Of a stretch of DNA of 64,000 nucleotides, positions 17,610 to 28,937 are shown in pieces (the stretch's first letter is position 1; every line of letters begins with the position of its first letter). Source of the stretch: an uncultured delta proteobacterium (GTDB taxonomy: Bacteria; Desulfobacterota; Syntrophorhabdia; Syntrophorhabdales; WCHB1-27); contig CAWEPK010000010.1 of assembly GCA_963810935.1 (NCBI GenBank), positions 32,001 through 96,000 on the forward strand, read 5' to 3'. The notes under the pieces are model-generated. The model searched no databases. It was not told the origin of the DNA and saw only the letters and a program-made list of their open reading frames with translations. A program made the translations under genes and the position numbers.

Positions 17610-18833
17610 TTGTTAAATGGTAATTCTCCCATATTATCCCAAGAATCTAACCGGGAAGAGGAGAAGATCGTCATATCCGTGCACCGGCAATCCCTTTCGT
17701 CTAAGAAACGGCTAATCCTGAAAAAGGGGCCTGCAATCCGCTCGGGCCGGGCGGCATTCTTTATGGCTATGTTCCTCCTGGTTCCGGCTTCCGCGTGGGC
17801 GGCGCCCGAGCCGCAGGACCACCGCCATGCAGAGCAGCTCCTGGTGAAGAACATCGCGCCGGGTCAGGACGTCACAGACCATGAGTGGGGGGTTGTACGG
17901 CTCGAGCTGGGAGTGGAGAAGAAGGGTGCGCCGGAGACCGGCAAGAAGACCAGGGTGCGCCACAGCCCGCTCAGAGTCAAGGTAGACGATAATGAAGCGG
18001 CCTGCTATGTCGTCGATTCAACGACGGGATACGACGGCAAAAAAACGTATGCATACAGGACCCTCGCTATCCGGCTCGGCGCACAGCCGGGGCCCAGGGT
18101 CATCACGGTCCTTTACGACGGCCTCGTCAGAAGCGTCCACGTGACGTACAACCCGTCGGGGCAGCTCGAATTCGCCGACCTTTACGACCACCAGGCTATC
18201 TTCGGAAAAAAGCCCGTGACGATACACTGGTTCGGCTGCTACCTGCAGAAAGAGAGCGTCAAGGTCGGCCTCAACGGGCAACCCTTCCCGCCGGACATGG
18301 AAATCACCCAGGACGCGCCTGAGATTATCGCAGGTCGCATATCGGCCGGCGAGAAGCTAAAACCGGGAACGAACAGGGTGCGGATAGAGGCCCTGGACAT
18401 CAAGGGCGTCAAATGCGTGAGGGAGCTGGTCCTCCACTATTACCCGGACAACAGGATACCTTTAGGCGATGAGTTCTCCCTCAACCTAGGCCTGGAAGAA
18501 CCGAAAAACGGCCCCTTCTACGACACGGTCGTCAAGGGCAGGGCCGTCGAGAAAATGCGCAGGTCCGGGCAGCGGCCGGCACCCGAGCGCATGGGCGGCC
18601 GGATGATCGTCCCCCCTGGAAAGGCCGTCATTGCATGGTTCAGGGCTGCGTGGCCGGGCGAGAGCACGATCGCAACCACGATGAAGCAATATGCGACCGA
18701 CGAGCCCATGGAAGTCGAGAAGGCCCGCGTCGCAGTTTACCAGGCGGCGTCTCAACCCGGCGCCGGGCAGGGCGGTCTCGATAAATACCTCAAGCACCTG
18801 CCCTTCTGGCCTACTCAGCGCACAGGCAAGTGA
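17610..18833 (+). CDS. Hypothetical exported protein (start uncertain)
   Basis: Long ORF with a signal-peptide-like segment AFFMAMFLLVPASAWA; beta-rich; no family recognised. Confidence 0.55.
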   Translation: MLNGNSPILSQESNREEEKIVISVHRQSLSSKKRLILKKGPAIRSGRAAFFMAMFLLVPASAWAAPEPQDHRHAEQLLVKNIAPGQDVTDHEWGVVRLELGVEKKGAPETGKKTRVRHSPLRVKVDDNEAACYVVDSTTGYDGKKTYAYRTLAIRLGAQPGPRVITVLYDGLVRSVHVTYNPSGQLEFADLYDHQAIFGKKPVTIHWFGCYLQKESVKVGLNGQPFPPDMEITQDAPEIIAGRISAGEKLKPGTNRVRIEALDIKGVKCVRELVLHYYPDNRIPLGDEFSLNLGLEEPKNGPFYDTVVKGRAVEKMRRSGQRPAPERMGGRMIVPPGKAVIAWFRAAWPGESTIATTMKQYATDEPMEVEKARVAVYQAASQPGAGQGGLDKYLKHLPFWPTQRTGK

Positions 18834-18839
18834 CCGCTT

Positions 18840-20246
18840 CTATTCAATTTCGCTGTGATTGATGTGATGCTTTCTCATGAGGGCGTGGAAATTAGGGCGG
18901 AGCAGTCCCACTTGTTCGGCCGCCCTTGTCACGTTCCCGTGGCTTCTCTTGAGCGCGGCCATGATAAAGGCCCTTTCTATCTCATCGACGATTTTTTGTG
19001 TCGCCTCCCTGCGGATCTGCTTCAGCTCCTCGGCCGTTTTCGGCACCGGCGCCGGGCCCTTGCCGGCCTTCCTGCCGCCTAAGGCGAAGGCCACCTCCCG
19101 CGAGTCCGCCACCGGCTCGTCGATCATTATGACGAGCCTCTCGACCATGTTCTTCATCTCCCTGATGTTGCCGGGCCAATCGTAAACCTCCAGCAGCCGG
19201 AGGGCCTCCGGCGAAAAGCCTTCCACGTCTTTGTGCATGGTGCGGCTGTAATAATCGAGGAAGTAGCGGGCAAGCAGGGGTATGTCCTCTCTGCGCTCCC
19301 GCAACGGCGGCAGGTAGATGCGGAAGACGTCCAGCCGATAGAAAAGGTCCTCCCTGAAAAGGTTCTCGCCTATCATCTTTTCGAGGTCGCGGTTGGTCGC
19401 CGCCACGAAGCGGATATTGACTTTGCGGCTCCTGGAATCGCCCACCCTTTTGAATTCCTGCTCCTGGATCACCCGAAGCAGCTTGGCCTGAATATCGAGG
19501 TTTATATTGGAGACTTCGTCGAGGAAGAGCGTGCCGCCGTCGGCGATCTCGAGGAGCCCCTGTTTTGTCTCCGCCGCCCCCGTGAAGGCGCCTTTCACGT
19601 AGCCGAACAGCTCGCTCTCTATAACGCTCTGGGCAAGGCTGGCGCAATCGACAACGACGAAATTCTTCTCTTGTCTCCGGCTGTTGCTGTGGATCGCGCG
19701 CGCCACCAGCTCTTTGCCGGTGCCGCTTTCCCCGTTTATGAGCACGGTGGAATCGGTGGGCGCGACGCGCTTCACCAGCCCGGAGACCTCCTTCATCGCC
19801 GGACTTTCGCCGATCATGTTGTCGATCTCGAACTTGCGGCTCAGCTCTTCACGCAGGTATCTGTTCTCCGACACCAGCCGCCTGTGGTCGAACGCCCTTC
19901 CCACGGTCGTCGTAAGCTCGTCGGGGGTGAAAGGCTTGGAGACGTAATCAAAGGCGCCAAGTTTCAGGCAGGCGACTGCGGATTCGACCGTCCCATAGCC
20001 GGTTGCGATTATGACGGTCGTCTCCTGCCTCTGCTGTTTGATCTTCTTAAGGACGGAGATGCCGTCGAGCTCCGGCATCTTAAGGTCGAGGAGAACGAGG
20101 TCCGGGGGATCTTCGGCATGCCGGTCGAGCGCGTCGCGCGGACTGGTGAACGTCCTCACCTCGTAGCCCTCTTCCCGAAGCGCCTCGGCGCAGCTCCTGC
20201 ATATATTTTCCTCGTCGTCTATGACGAATATCTTCCCTTCGGCCAT
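18840..20246 (-). CDS. Sigma54-dependent response regulator (NtrC family)
   Basis: REC + GESGTGKE, GAFTGA, FREDLFYRL, WPGNIRE + HTH. Confidence 0.95.
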   Translation of the reverse strand: MAEGKIFVIDDEENICRSCAEALREEGYEVRTFTSPRDALDRHAEDPPDLVLLDLKMPELDGISVLKKIKQQRQETTVIIATGYGTVESAVACLKLGAFDYVSKPFTPDELTTTVGRAFDHRRLVSENRYLREELSRKFEIDNMIGESPAMKEVSGLVKRVAPTDSTVLINGESGTGKELVARAIHSNSRRQEKNFVVVDCASLAQSVIESELFGYVKGAFTGAAETKQGLLEIADGGTLFLDEVSNINLDIQAKLLRVIQEQEFKRVGDSRSRKVNIRFVAATNRDLEKMIGENLFREDLFYRLDVFRIYLPPLRERREDIPLLARYFLDYYSRTMHKDVEGFSPEALRLLEVYDWPGNIREMKNMVERLVIMIDEPVADSREVAFALGGRKAGKGPAPVPKTAEELKQIRREATQKIVDEIERAFIMAALKRSHGNVTRAAEQVGLLRPNFHALMRKHHINHSEIE

Positions 20247-20276
20247 CTTACCTTCCGGGCGCCCCGGCGAAACAGG

Positions 20277-21398
20277 TTATCCCAGGGGCAGCCTTATGGT
20301 GAAGGTCGTCCCTTTCCCCGGCTCGCTCTCCACGTCGATGGTGCCGTTATGCTTGTCTATAATGCCGTAGGAGACGGCAAGCCCCAGGCCCGTGCCCTTA
20401 CCCGGCTCCTTCGTAGTGAAAAACGGGTCGAACACCCTGGCCAGGTTCTCTTTGGGTATCCCGTAGCCAGTGTCCGAGACCTTGATCTCGACTGTCATGC
20501 CCCGGTCCGCGAGCCGCGTGCCTATGCTCAACTGCCCGCCCGTCGACATGGCGTCGAGGGCGTTTATGATGATATTGACGAAGACCTCCAGCATCTGGTT
20601 CGGGTCGAGCTGTAAGGAAGGGACGTCTTCGAGCGCCTTAACCACCGTTATCCGGTTCTCAGCCACCTTAAGCTGGTTCTTCGTCAGCGAGAAGGCTGCT
20701 TCTATGATTTTGTTGATATCGCACTCTTCCTTCCTCGGCTCGCTCTGTCTCGCGAAGTTGAGGAGGCCCCTGACGATCTCCCTGCAACGGGTCGTTTCAT
20801 TCACGATAATCTCAAGCTTTTCTCTTTGCTCGCCTTCCGCTTTCTTCAGCATGAGGGAGCTGAAGGTGAGGACCGATGTCAGAGGGTTGTTGATCTCGTG
20901 CGCGATGCCCGCCGCGAGCCTGCCTATCGACGCCAGTTTTTCGGACCGCATCAGGCGCTGTTCGTTCAGGCGCCGCTTCTCCTCGAGCTGCCTCCTGTTC
21001 TCGAACGCCCTCCCCACCGCCATAGACAATTCATCCGGCGTAAACGGCTTCGAGACGTAGTCGAAAGCCCCGAGCTTCAGGGAGGCAACCGCCGTTTCGG
21101 CAGTTGCGTAGCCGGTAATGATGACCACCATCGTGGCGGGGTGGACCTTTTTGATGTGCCTCAGGACGTCTATCCCGTCCGCCTCGGTCATCTTGAGGTC
21201 GAGGAGAACCAGGTCGGTGGACTGGTCGTCCAGGTACCGCAGCGCGTCATTAGCCGCGGTGAACGCCTTCACCTCATAACCGTCGTCCTGGAGCACCTCG
21301 ATGCAGCTCATGCATATGTACTCCTCGTCGTCGACGACGACGACCTTACCTCGCGAAAACTGCCCGGCACGATTAACGGACTGAAACTCTGGGCACAT
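20277..21398 (-). CDS. Hybrid REC-histidine kinase
   Basis: N-terminal REC joined directly to [22 protein letters not shown] and HATPase. Confidence 0.9.
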   Translation of the reverse strand: MCPEFQSVNRAGQFSRGKVVVVDDEEYICMSCIEVLQDDGYEVKAFTAANDALRYLDDQSTDLVLLDLKMTEADGIDVLRHIKKVHPATMVVIITGYATAETAVASLKLGAFDYVSKPFTPDELSMAVGRAFENRRQLEEKRRLNEQRLMRSEKLASIGRLAAGIAHEINNPLTSVLTFSSLMLKKAEGEQREKLEIIVNETTRCREIVRGLLNFARQSEPRKEECDINKIIEAAFSLTKNQLKVAENRITVVKALEDVPSLQLDPNQMLEVFVNIIINALDAMSTGGQLSIGTRLADRGMTVEIKVSDTGYGIPKENLARVFDPFFTTKEPGKGTGLGLAVSYGIIDKHNGTIDVESEPGKGTTFTIRLPLG

Positions 21399-21422
21399 AT
21401 TTAACAGCTCCTTGACAAGAAT

Positions 21423-23348
21423 CTAATCAAACTCGCTCCCGGCTTTCCTTTCGGGGTGGCCGGTCATTGGAAGCCTTATGAGAAAGGTCGTGCCTTTCCC
21501 GACTTCGCTTTCCACGTCGATAGTGCCGTTATGCCTCTCAACGATCCCGTAGACGACGGCCAGCCCCAGGCCCGTGCCTTTTCCGGGCTCCTTAGTGGTG
21601 AAGAAAGGCTCGAACACCTTCTCAAGATCGTCTTTGGCGATCCCCTGTCCGGTATCGGCCACCCTGATCTCGACCCATTTCCCGTCCTGCGAAACTCCGG
21701 TGGAGATGTTCAGCTCGCCGCCCTCGGTCAGCGCATCGAGGGCGTTGATTATAAGGTTGACGAATACCTCCGTCATCTGGCTCGGGTCGAGGTACAGGGC
21801 CGGTATCTCCCCGAGGTCCTTCTTCACGGCGATCGGCTTTTCCTTGACCCTCAATTGATTTCCCATAAGGGCAAGGGCGCTCTCGACGACCGGGTTGAGG
21901 TCGCAGCTCGTCTTGCTCAACTGGCCCTGTCTCGCGAAGCAGAGCAGCCCTTTTACAATCTCCCGGCAGCGGGTTGCCTCCTTAACTATTATGTCCAGCT
22001 TTTCCTTCTGGCTTTCATGGCCTTTTCTCAAAAGCAGGCTGCTGAATGTAAGCACCGAGGTCAGCGGGTTGTTGATCTCGTGCGCTATGCCCGCCGCGAG
22101 CCTGCCGATGGAAGCCAGCTTTTCCGAGCGCATCATGCGCTGCTCGTTGAGCCTGGCGATCTCGCGGTCCCTCGATTCGAGCGAGGACGCCATAAGGTTG
22201 AACATGATCTCAAGCTCGCCCACCTCCGCCGTCGAGTGTGTGCTTACGCGCGCGGAAAAATCGCCTTTCGCGATCTTGTGCGAAGCGTGCACGAGGGCAT
22301 TGATGGGCTTGACGATCGAGCCGGAAAAGAAAGTGGCCATGACAATGGCGAGGGCCACGCCGAATAAGCTGATGCCGAGGAATATTGCGATTGTCTTCGT
22401 CCGCATGTCCGCGAACTTCTGCTCCAGCGTAGCCACGGCTATCATGCCTATGATCTGTCCGCCCATGTTGCTTAAAGCCTCATAGGCAGCCACGTACCCC
22501 TGGTGGATGACGGGGGCCTCGCCGACCCACCGGCTTCCCTGGCCGAGCACCGTGCGGGAGACTTCACCGGACAGGCTGGAGCCGAAACCCCTAGTCCCGT
22601 CATCGTTAGTAAACGTTGTCGATATCCGGACGTTACCCAGGAACAGGGTCGCGCCCCCCACCTGTTTTCCGCCGTACTTCTCGTTCTGGAAAAGGACGTC
22701 CCTGATCCTGTCCACAAGCTCGTCGTTCCGGTTCAAAAGTTCGGCGCCGCAGAGCACGCCCAGGACGCGCCCTTCTGGGGATATGATAGGCGACGCAGCC
22801 ACGAGGACCATGGCTGCCGGCTCGGAAGGGGACGATGTTACCGAGCATCGGGACTCGGCATCCCGCCCTTCCCTGGCAACGGCTTCGCGCGACCATGCCT
22901 CAAGCGACGAAACAGCCTTGCCCGAGGTGAGGGCCCGGCCGACGACGGCGTCGCCGGCGAGATTATCTCCCGATTGGCCGGGGTTCCCGGCCCTGAGCAT
23001 CACGTTCCCTTTCGCATCGGTGACATTCAGTATGTCCAGCCCGCCCTCTTTCCGGACCTCTTCGAGATACCGCTGCAAACCGGCGCGGTCCCCTTTCGAT
23101 AAGGCGGCATGAAGCTTATTCTGGCTGGACGAGAATTGAACCGTGTTCAGGATGTTTTCGAGGCGATGGTACAGGACGTACCTTGCCGAGTTCAGCGCGT
23201 TCCTTACGTTGCTCTCCGCCTGCCCCATGGTCCATTTGTTGATAAGCAGCGTACCCACGAAGCAGGAAATGAGGGTGGTGATGGCGATAACCGCAATGAA
23301 CTTAATGACTAATTCCGACTTCAGACCACGCTGCCAAAATTGTAGCAT
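21423..23348 (-). CDS. Membrane sensor histidine kinase (Cache + HAMP)
   Basis: Two TM helices flanking a Cache-like domain ([13 protein letters not shown]), HAMP, HEINNPL, GTGLGL. Confidence 0.9.
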   Translation of the reverse strand: MLQFWQRGLKSELVIKFIAVIAITTLISCFVGTLLINKWTMGQAESNVRNALNSARYVLYHRLENILNTVQFSSSQNKLHAALSKGDRAGLQRYLEEVRKEGGLDILNVTDAKGNVMLRAGNPGQSGDNLAGDAVVGRALTSGKAVSSLEAWSREAVAREGRDAESRCSVTSSPSEPAAMVLVAASPIISPEGRVLGVLCGAELLNRNDELVDRIRDVLFQNEKYGGKQVGGATLFLGNVRISTTFTNDDGTRGFGSSLSGEVSRTVLGQGSRWVGEAPVIHQGYVAAYEALSNMGGQIIGMIAVATLEQKFADMRTKTIAIFLGISLFGVALAIVMATFFSGSIVKPINALVHASHKIAKGDFSARVSTHSTAEVGELEIMFNLMASSLESRDREIARLNEQRMMRSEKLASIGRLAAGIAHEINNPLTSVLTFSSLLLRKGHESQKEKLDIIVKEATRCREIVKGLLCFARQGQLSKTSCDLNPVVESALALMGNQLRVKEKPIAVKKDLGEIPALYLDPSQMTEVFVNLIINALDALTEGGELNISTGVSQDGKWVEIRVADTGQGIAKDDLEKVFEPFFTTKEPGKGTGLGLAVVYGIVERHNGTIDVESEVGKGTTFLIRLPMTGHPERKAGSEFD

Positions 23349-23582
23349 GCAATTATACCTTCATAAAAAACGCCGGGGTGGACTAAGCCGGCCCAACGGG
23401 CCTGCCACCCCACCCCCCGCAATATATTAGCACAAAACGAGCCACAATAGGCATGGGCGGTTTGCTTCCTGCCGTCACTTTATGCTTGAACAGGAAAGGG
23501 CTCCTGGCATAAGCTTCTTCTTTCGGCATTGCCCGTTACCACGTGGGGCCTTCCGCCGATTATTCCTATAAGCGAGACTAAA

Positions 23583-24785
23583 ATGGCGATCGAGAAGAAG
23601 CAGCGCGGCTTTGTTATGCTTATCCTCGGCGGGTTGGCAGCCGTGGGGCCGCTGACTACCGATATGTACCTGCCGGGCTTTCCTTCGATAGCCAAAAGCC
23701 TGCATACCGACATCGCCCATGTGGGCTTTACCCTTACAAGTTATTTTTTCGGCTTCGCCATAGGCCAGCTCTGCGTCGGCCCTGTCCTCGACCGGTACGG
23801 CCGGAAGAAACCGATGAAGCTCAGCATGATCCTCTATATAGTCGCCGCCCTCGGATGTGCCCTCGCCGCCTCCATCGAACAACTGGTGACCTTGAGGCTG
23901 CTGCTCGCTATAGGCGGGTGCGGGGGGATAGTGGGCAGCAGGGCCGTCGTCCGTGACCTCTTTTCGGGAAACGAGATGGCCCGCGCCCTTTCCCTGCTCA
24001 TGATGATCTTCGGCGTCGCCCCGATCGTCGGCCCGACTATAGGCGGCATAGTAGTCACGCTGTTCGGCTGGAGGTTCATCTTCGTTGCCCTCGCCATTTT
24101 TGCCGTCATGGTGCTCGCCGCCGCGCAGTACCTGCTGCGTGAGACAAAGGAGGAAGACCTTTCGATCTCGTTACGCCCGGCAAGCGTGGTACGGGAGTAC
24201 ATCTCGGTACTGAAAAACAGGGAGTTCGCCATCCATGCGGGCGCCGCCGCGGGTGTCACGGGCTGCCTTTTCGCCTACATCGCTGGCTCTCCGTTTGTCC
24301 TGATCGACCTTTTCGGCTTTTCGGCAACGCAGTTCGGCTGGATTTACGGGGTCAACGCATGTTCTCTCGTGGCGGCCAACCAGGTCAACAGGATGCTCCT
24401 GCGAAGGCATGACAGCAGGTCGGTGCTCCTCGCGTGCGCCGTGTTCCAGACTTCGACCGCCCTTGCCCTGACTGCCGGAACGTACATGAAGGTCCTGCCC
24501 GTAATCGCGTCGCTGGTACTCATATTATGCGTGCTCTTCTGCTTCGGTCTCGCGTTGCCCAACGCGACGGCCCTTGCGCTTGCGCCTTTCTCCCGGAACG
24601 CAGGCAGCGCGTCCGCGCTGCTCGGCAGCGCTCAGATGATCGCAGGCGTTGTCTGCACGGCCATGGTGAGCTTCCTGTTCGACGGGACGCCGTTCCCCAT
24701 GTCGCTGATGATCTCCGTCTCCGCTGTCTATGCCCTGGTGCTGGCCGTCTCTTCTGTGCTCCGCTTTCGCCGGTTGCGTCCGTAA
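23583..24785 (+). CDS. Bcr/CflA-family MFS efflux transporter
   Basis: TDMYLP, GPVLDRYGRK, AVVRD, AGSASAL motifs. Confidence 0.9.
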   Translation: MAIEKKQRGFVMLILGGLAAVGPLTTDMYLPGFPSIAKSLHTDIAHVGFTLTSYFFGFAIGQLCVGPVLDRYGRKKPMKLSMILYIVAALGCALAASIEQLVTLRLLLAIGGCGGIVGSRAVVRDLFSGNEMARALSLLMMIFGVAPIVGPTIGGIVVTLFGWRFIFVALAIFAVMVLAAAQYLLRETKEEDLSISLRPASVVREYISVLKNREFAIHAGAAAGVTGCLFAYIAGSPFVLIDLFGFSATQFGWIYGVNACSLVAANQVNRMLLRRHDSRSVLLACAVFQTSTALALTAGTYMKVLPVIASLVLILCVLFCFGLALPNATALALAPFSRNAGSASALLGSAQMIAGVVCTAMVSFLFDGTPFPMSLMISVSAVYALVLAVSSVLRFRRLRP

Positions 24786-25178
24786 GGGATGCTTACGGTG
24801 CGGTAGACGGCCAAGGCGGAAAAGTCTTCCGCGCCCGGTGTTAACCTGGTTTTTCCCGTTAAAAGCACCCCTGTCCTACGATACGGCTTGCTGACGCCGT
24901 TTCTTCAGCCGCACCGTGCTTTCGCCTTGAACTGTCCATAAGATTTATTTTAGAATCGAAGATCGAAAGGGTCCGGGCGTTGCTCTCGTAAGCAACTCCG
25001 CTGTCTTTGAGTGGAAAGTGTAGTCCGTTGGCTCGCAGCAAAAGGCAAGAGGAGGATCCGGAAATGGATGAGAACCTTTTCACAGGTGTATGGATCGGCT
25101 GCATCGCCTTTATCGTAAGCTGTCTTGTCAATTATTTGTTTGTCCGCCTGAACCAGAGCGGGTAGGCCCGGAAAGGAC

Positions 25179-25961
25179 CTATTCGTCCACTATCGGGTTC
25201 GAAAGGGTGCCTATGCCCCAGATGGAGCATTCGACCATCTGTCCGGCTTTAAGGAACACCGGGGGCTTTCTTGTATAGCCCACGCCCTGCGGTGTGCCGG
25301 TGAGTATGATCGTGCCCGGTAAGAGCGTCATGCACTCGGACAGGTAGGAGACGATCCGGCGGCATGGGAAGATCATATCCGACGTGTTCGACGCCTGCAT
25401 GGCCACCCCGTCGATCCGGCAGGTGATGTCGAGGTTATCGCCGTCCACGTCCGTCTCTATCGCCGGCCCGATAGGGCAGAAGGCGTCATAGCTCTTGCCT
25501 CTCGCCCATTGGCCGTCCTTGAACTGGGCCGCCCGGTTCGATACGTCGTTTCCGACGGTATATCCCAGGACCACGCCCGGCACGCCGTCTTCACTTATGT
25601 TTTTGGCGCGCTTCCCTATAACGATAACCAGCTCGGCCTCGTAGTCTATGCTGTCACGGTAAGCGCGGGGAAGCACGATTGGGTCGCCCGGACCGCACAG
25701 GGCCGTCGTCGTTTTAAGGAATATCAGGGGCGCAGGAGGGTATGCCATCCTGGCCTCGTCGGCGTGCTTCTTGTAATTGAGGCCCAGGCAGATGATATTG
25801 GGCGGGGAGACCGGGGCAAGGAGCCTGACCGCGTCGGGCTTCACCGTATCGGCCGTCTTGTTGAGACCGGCGAACGGGTCTCCCTTGCACCTGTATATAA
25901 GGCCCTCTTCGACGATGCCGTATTCCTGCCGTCCTTCATAAAGAAATCGAATGATCTTCAT
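25179..25961 (-). CDS. Fumarylacetoacetate hydrolase family protein
   Basis: CLGLNY, DYEAEL, NDVS, RGKSYD, TGTP motifs. Confidence 0.9.
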   Translation of the reverse strand: MKIIRFLYEGRQEYGIVEEGLIYRCKGDPFAGLNKTADTVKPDAVRLLAPVSPPNIICLGLNYKKHADEARMAYPPAPLIFLKTTTALCGPGDPIVLPRAYRDSIDYEAELVIVIGKRAKNISEDGVPGVVLGYTVGNDVSNRAAQFKDGQWARGKSYDAFCPIGPAIETDVDGDNLDITCRIDGVAMQASNTSDMIFPCRRIVSYLSECMTLLPGTIILTGTPQGVGYTRKPPVFLKAGQMVECSIWGIGTLSNPIVDE

Positions 25962-26002
25962 ATCCCGTCCTCCGCGTGCGATTATTAGAATAGAGTGGCG
26001 CC

Positions 26003-26884
26003 TTACGTGTCGCGGCCGAAGCGCCTGTGCGCCAGGAACCACTCGTCGGGTCTATCCCTGACGATCTCTTCCAGGAACGCGTTGACCCTCCTCGCGTTCC
26101 GCACGATAAGCTCGTCGAGGGGCGCGCCGTGCCGCTCTATGAGAAGCGGCTCGTTGTAAACAATAGTGTACCGGAGGAAACCTTCCCTCCTGGCGTAGAC
26201 CGGCACGACCGGCACGCCCGTCTTCATGGCAACCGCCACAACGCCCTTCGATGTGGGCACCCTTTGCCCGAAAAGGTCTACCCAGACGGCCCTCGACCGC
26301 TTCTCCCTCTGGTCTCCCAGAAAGGCCACGATGCGGTCTTCGGCCAGGAGCCGGGCTACGTCGCGTGCCGTATCCCTGTTCGGAATGATCGTAAGCCCCG
26401 TCGAGCCCCGCAGGCCGTTAATAAAATCGTTCAGCCTGGCATGCCCCTTCAGGGGGCGCGCCAGCGCGACGATCTCACGGCCGAGCAAAATCGAGCTCAG
26501 ACCCGTTATCTCCCAGTTCGAATAGTGGAACCCCAGGGCGAGGACGCCCCGGCCGCCGTTAAGGGCTTCATCGACCCGCCCCCTCTTCTCCAGCTTGAAC
26601 CTGGCGCCATATTCCTTTCTCGGGACAAACTGGAAGAGCAGGCTTTCTATGAAATTGACGCCCAGCTTCCGAAAGCAACTCTGCGCGACAGCCCTGGCAT
26701 CGCCCGGGGCACGGTCCGCCATTATCCTGCGGGCGTTCGCTACGGCCACGTGCCGCCTTTTGCCGAGGCAAAGAAAAGCTATGCTTCCCATTCCTGCACC
26801 TACGGAGGTGCACGCTTTTTCGGGAAGGACGCGCAACGATTGCCGGAAGGCCTTTAGAAACCAGATGAGGAGAAAATCGATCAT
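26003..26884 (-). CDS. Lipid A biosynthesis acyltransferase (LpxL/HtrB family)
   Basis: HYSNWE, FLGDQ, PDEWFLAHRRF motifs. Confidence 0.85.
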   Translation of the reverse strand: MIDFLLIWFLKAFRQSLRVLPEKACTSVGAGMGSIAFLCLGKRRHVAVANARRIMADRAPGDARAVAQSCFRKLGVNFIESLLFQFVPRKEYGARFKLEKRGRVDEALNGGRGVLALGFHYSNWEITGLSSILLGREIVALARPLKGHARLNDFINGLRGSTGLTIIPNRDTARDVARLLAEDRIVAFLGDQREKRSRAVWVDLFGQRVPTSKGVVAVAMKTGVPVVPVYARREGFLRYTIVYNEPLLIERHGAPLDELIVRNARRVNAFLEEIVRDRPDEWFLAHRRFGRDT

Positions 26885-27010
26885 AAACAAGGTCGGGTTG
26901 CCCTAAAGCGCCGCGTGCGCTGCTTGATCGCGCACTACCGGCCGCCTTTCTTTCTTGGTGCCCGAAAAGCGGTTTCTTAGTCTTATGCGCGGTCGGCGCG
27001 CCCGTCCATC

Positions 27011-27184
27011 CTACTCCTTGGCGGGGATTGCTTCGTCGATGAGCATGATGGGTATGTCATCCTTTATGGGGTAAAGGAGCTTGCAGTTGCGGCAAACCAG
27101 ACCGTCCCCCGCGCTGTTTAACGTGATGTCGCCTTTGCATTTTGGGCAGCAGAGAATGTCAAGCAACTCCTTCTTCAACGGCAT
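27011..27184 (-). CDS. Trm112/YcaR-family protein (57 aa, not in the ORF track)
   Basis: Hand translation: MPLKKELLDILCCPKCKGD..LVCRNCKLLYPIKDDIPIMLIDEA. Confidence 0.9.
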   Translation of the reverse strand: MPLKKELLDILCCPKCKGDITLNSAGDGLVCRNCKLLYPIKDDIPIMLIDEAIPAKE

Positions 27185-28927
27185 TTAAGCCTCCTGGTCG
27201 GTCTCCCGTTTCGTTAATTCGCTTTCCCTGTTGGCATTCTTCATGGCCGGCTCAAGCAGGTCCCCGAGGGTGGAAAAGGCCCGCGTCTCTTCCCGCGGGA
27301 AGCTTGCGACATCTTTCTTCTCCTCGGCCCTCCTCTGCATCTTTGTAGAGAGCCCTATCCTCTTGTCCCTCTCATCGACATTGATGACTGTGGCCTTGAC
27401 CATGTCGTCGATAGCAAAAAGCTCGGAAGGGTGCTTCCCCTTGCCGCTCTCTATCTCGGACAGATGTATCAGCCCTTCGATGCCTTCTTCTATCTCCACA
27501 AAAACGCCGAAGTCGGTAATGCTCGTGACGTAGCCCTCGACGATGTCACCCACGTGGTAGCGCTCCAGAAGCCCCTTCCACGGGTCTTCCTTGAGCCTCT
27601 TGATGGAGAGCGAGAATTTCTTCTGCTCGCCGTCGATGTTAAGCACGAGGGCCTCGACAAGGGCTCCTTTCTTGTAGCTTTCGGCGATGACGTTCTTCCT
27701 GCGCGACCACGATATCTCCGATATGTGGACCAGCCCGTCGATGCCGTCTTCCATGCCGACAAAAAGCCCGAAGTCGGTAAAGTTCTTTATCTTGCCCTTC
27801 ACTATGGAGCCGGGCGGGTATTTCTGCGCAAGCTCTTTCCAGGGGTCGGCCTTGAGCTGTTTGAGCCCAAGGGAGACCCTTTTTTTCTCCTTATCGACGT
27901 CGAGGATCTGGAGATCGAGCATGTCGCCTTTGGTCACGAGCTTCGACGGGTTCCGCATCTTCTTGTCCCAGCTCATCTCGCTGACGTGGAGGAGCCCTTC
28001 CAGCCCGGGCTCCAGCTCGACGAAGACGCCGTACTCCACTACGCCCACCGCCTTCCCCTTCACGCGGGAGCCGACGGGGTATTTCTCGTCGATGTTGAGC
28101 CACGGGTCTCCCTTTAGGTCCTTGATGCTGACCGAGACCTTGTGCTTCTCAAAATCGATCGTCATTATCTTGACCTTGACCTCGTCGCCGATCTTCAGTT
28201 GTTCCTTGGGGTGGGTGATCCTGCCCCACGTTATGTCGTTCACGTATAGGAAGCCGTCCACACCGCCCAGGTCGATGAACGCGCCGTAATCGGTGATGCT
28301 CTTCACGAAGCCGTAAACTACCTGGCCGTCTTTGACGTTATTCCAGAATTCCTTGCGCTTGCGCTCCTTTTCCTCCTCGATAAGCATGCGCCTCGAGACG
28401 ATGACGTTCGCCTTCTTCTGGTTGACCTTGATTACCTTGTACTTAAGGTTGCGGCCGATAAAAGATGCGGGGTTCTTGACCGGCTTGATGTCGACCTGCG
28501 ATATGGGCAGGAAGGCAGTCACGCCTATATCGACCATGAACCCGCCCTTAACCTCCGATACTATCGTTCCCTCGACGGCCGTCCCCTCCTGGAGCGATTT
28601 ATCGATTGTCTGCCACAACTTGACCCCGTCAACACGCTGCTTCGAGAGCGTGAGAAGTCCGTCCCTCACCTCCCTGCCCGCTATCATCACTTCCACTTCG
28701 TCGCCTACGCTGACCGTTACTCCGCCCGACTTATCGAGGAACTCGCTTAACGAAACCCTGCCTTCGGATTTCAGCCCGACGTCAACGATTACCGAGTCCC
28801 CGTTTATATCTATAACTATCCCCGTTATTATGTTCCCTTCCTGGAGGTTTCGCATGGAGGTTTCATAGAGCTCCTCCATCTCCTCCTCGGTGTCTTTTTG
28901 TGCGATGGTATCGACCGTCTCTACCAT
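27185..28927 (-). CDS. rpsA: 30S ribosomal protein S1
   Basis: Six S1 repeats (DVGLKSEG, DYGAFIDLGG, GLLHVSEMSW ...). Confidence 0.97.
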   Translation of the reverse strand: MVETVDTIAQKDTEEEMEELYETSMRNLQEGNIITGIVIDINGDSVIVDVGLKSEGRVSLSEFLDKSGGVTVSVGDEVEVMIAGREVRDGLLTLSKQRVDGVKLWQTIDKSLQEGTAVEGTIVSEVKGGFMVDIGVTAFLPISQVDIKPVKNPASFIGRNLKYKVIKVNQKKANVIVSRRMLIEEEKERKRKEFWNNVKDGQVVYGFVKSITDYGAFIDLGGVDGFLYVNDITWGRITHPKEQLKIGDEVKVKIMTIDFEKHKVSVSIKDLKGDPWLNIDEKYPVGSRVKGKAVGVVEYGVFVELEPGLEGLLHVSEMSWDKKMRNPSKLVTKGDMLDLQILDVDKEKKRVSLGLKQLKADPWKELAQKYPPGSIVKGKIKNFTDFGLFVGMEDGIDGLVHISEISWSRRKNVIAESYKKGALVEALVLNIDGEQKKFSLSIKRLKEDPWKGLLERYHVGDIVEGYVTSITDFGVFVEIEEGIEGLIHLSEIESGKGKHPSELFAIDDMVKATVINVDERDKRIGLSTKMQRRAEEKKDVASFPREETRAFSTLGDLLEPAMKNANRESELTKRETDQEA

Positions 28928-28937
28928 GCGTTTCCCC

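Noticed and set aside
24786..25178. Short ORFs or ncRNA between the MFS and FAH genes
   Set aside because: No RBS, motif or convincing structure found.
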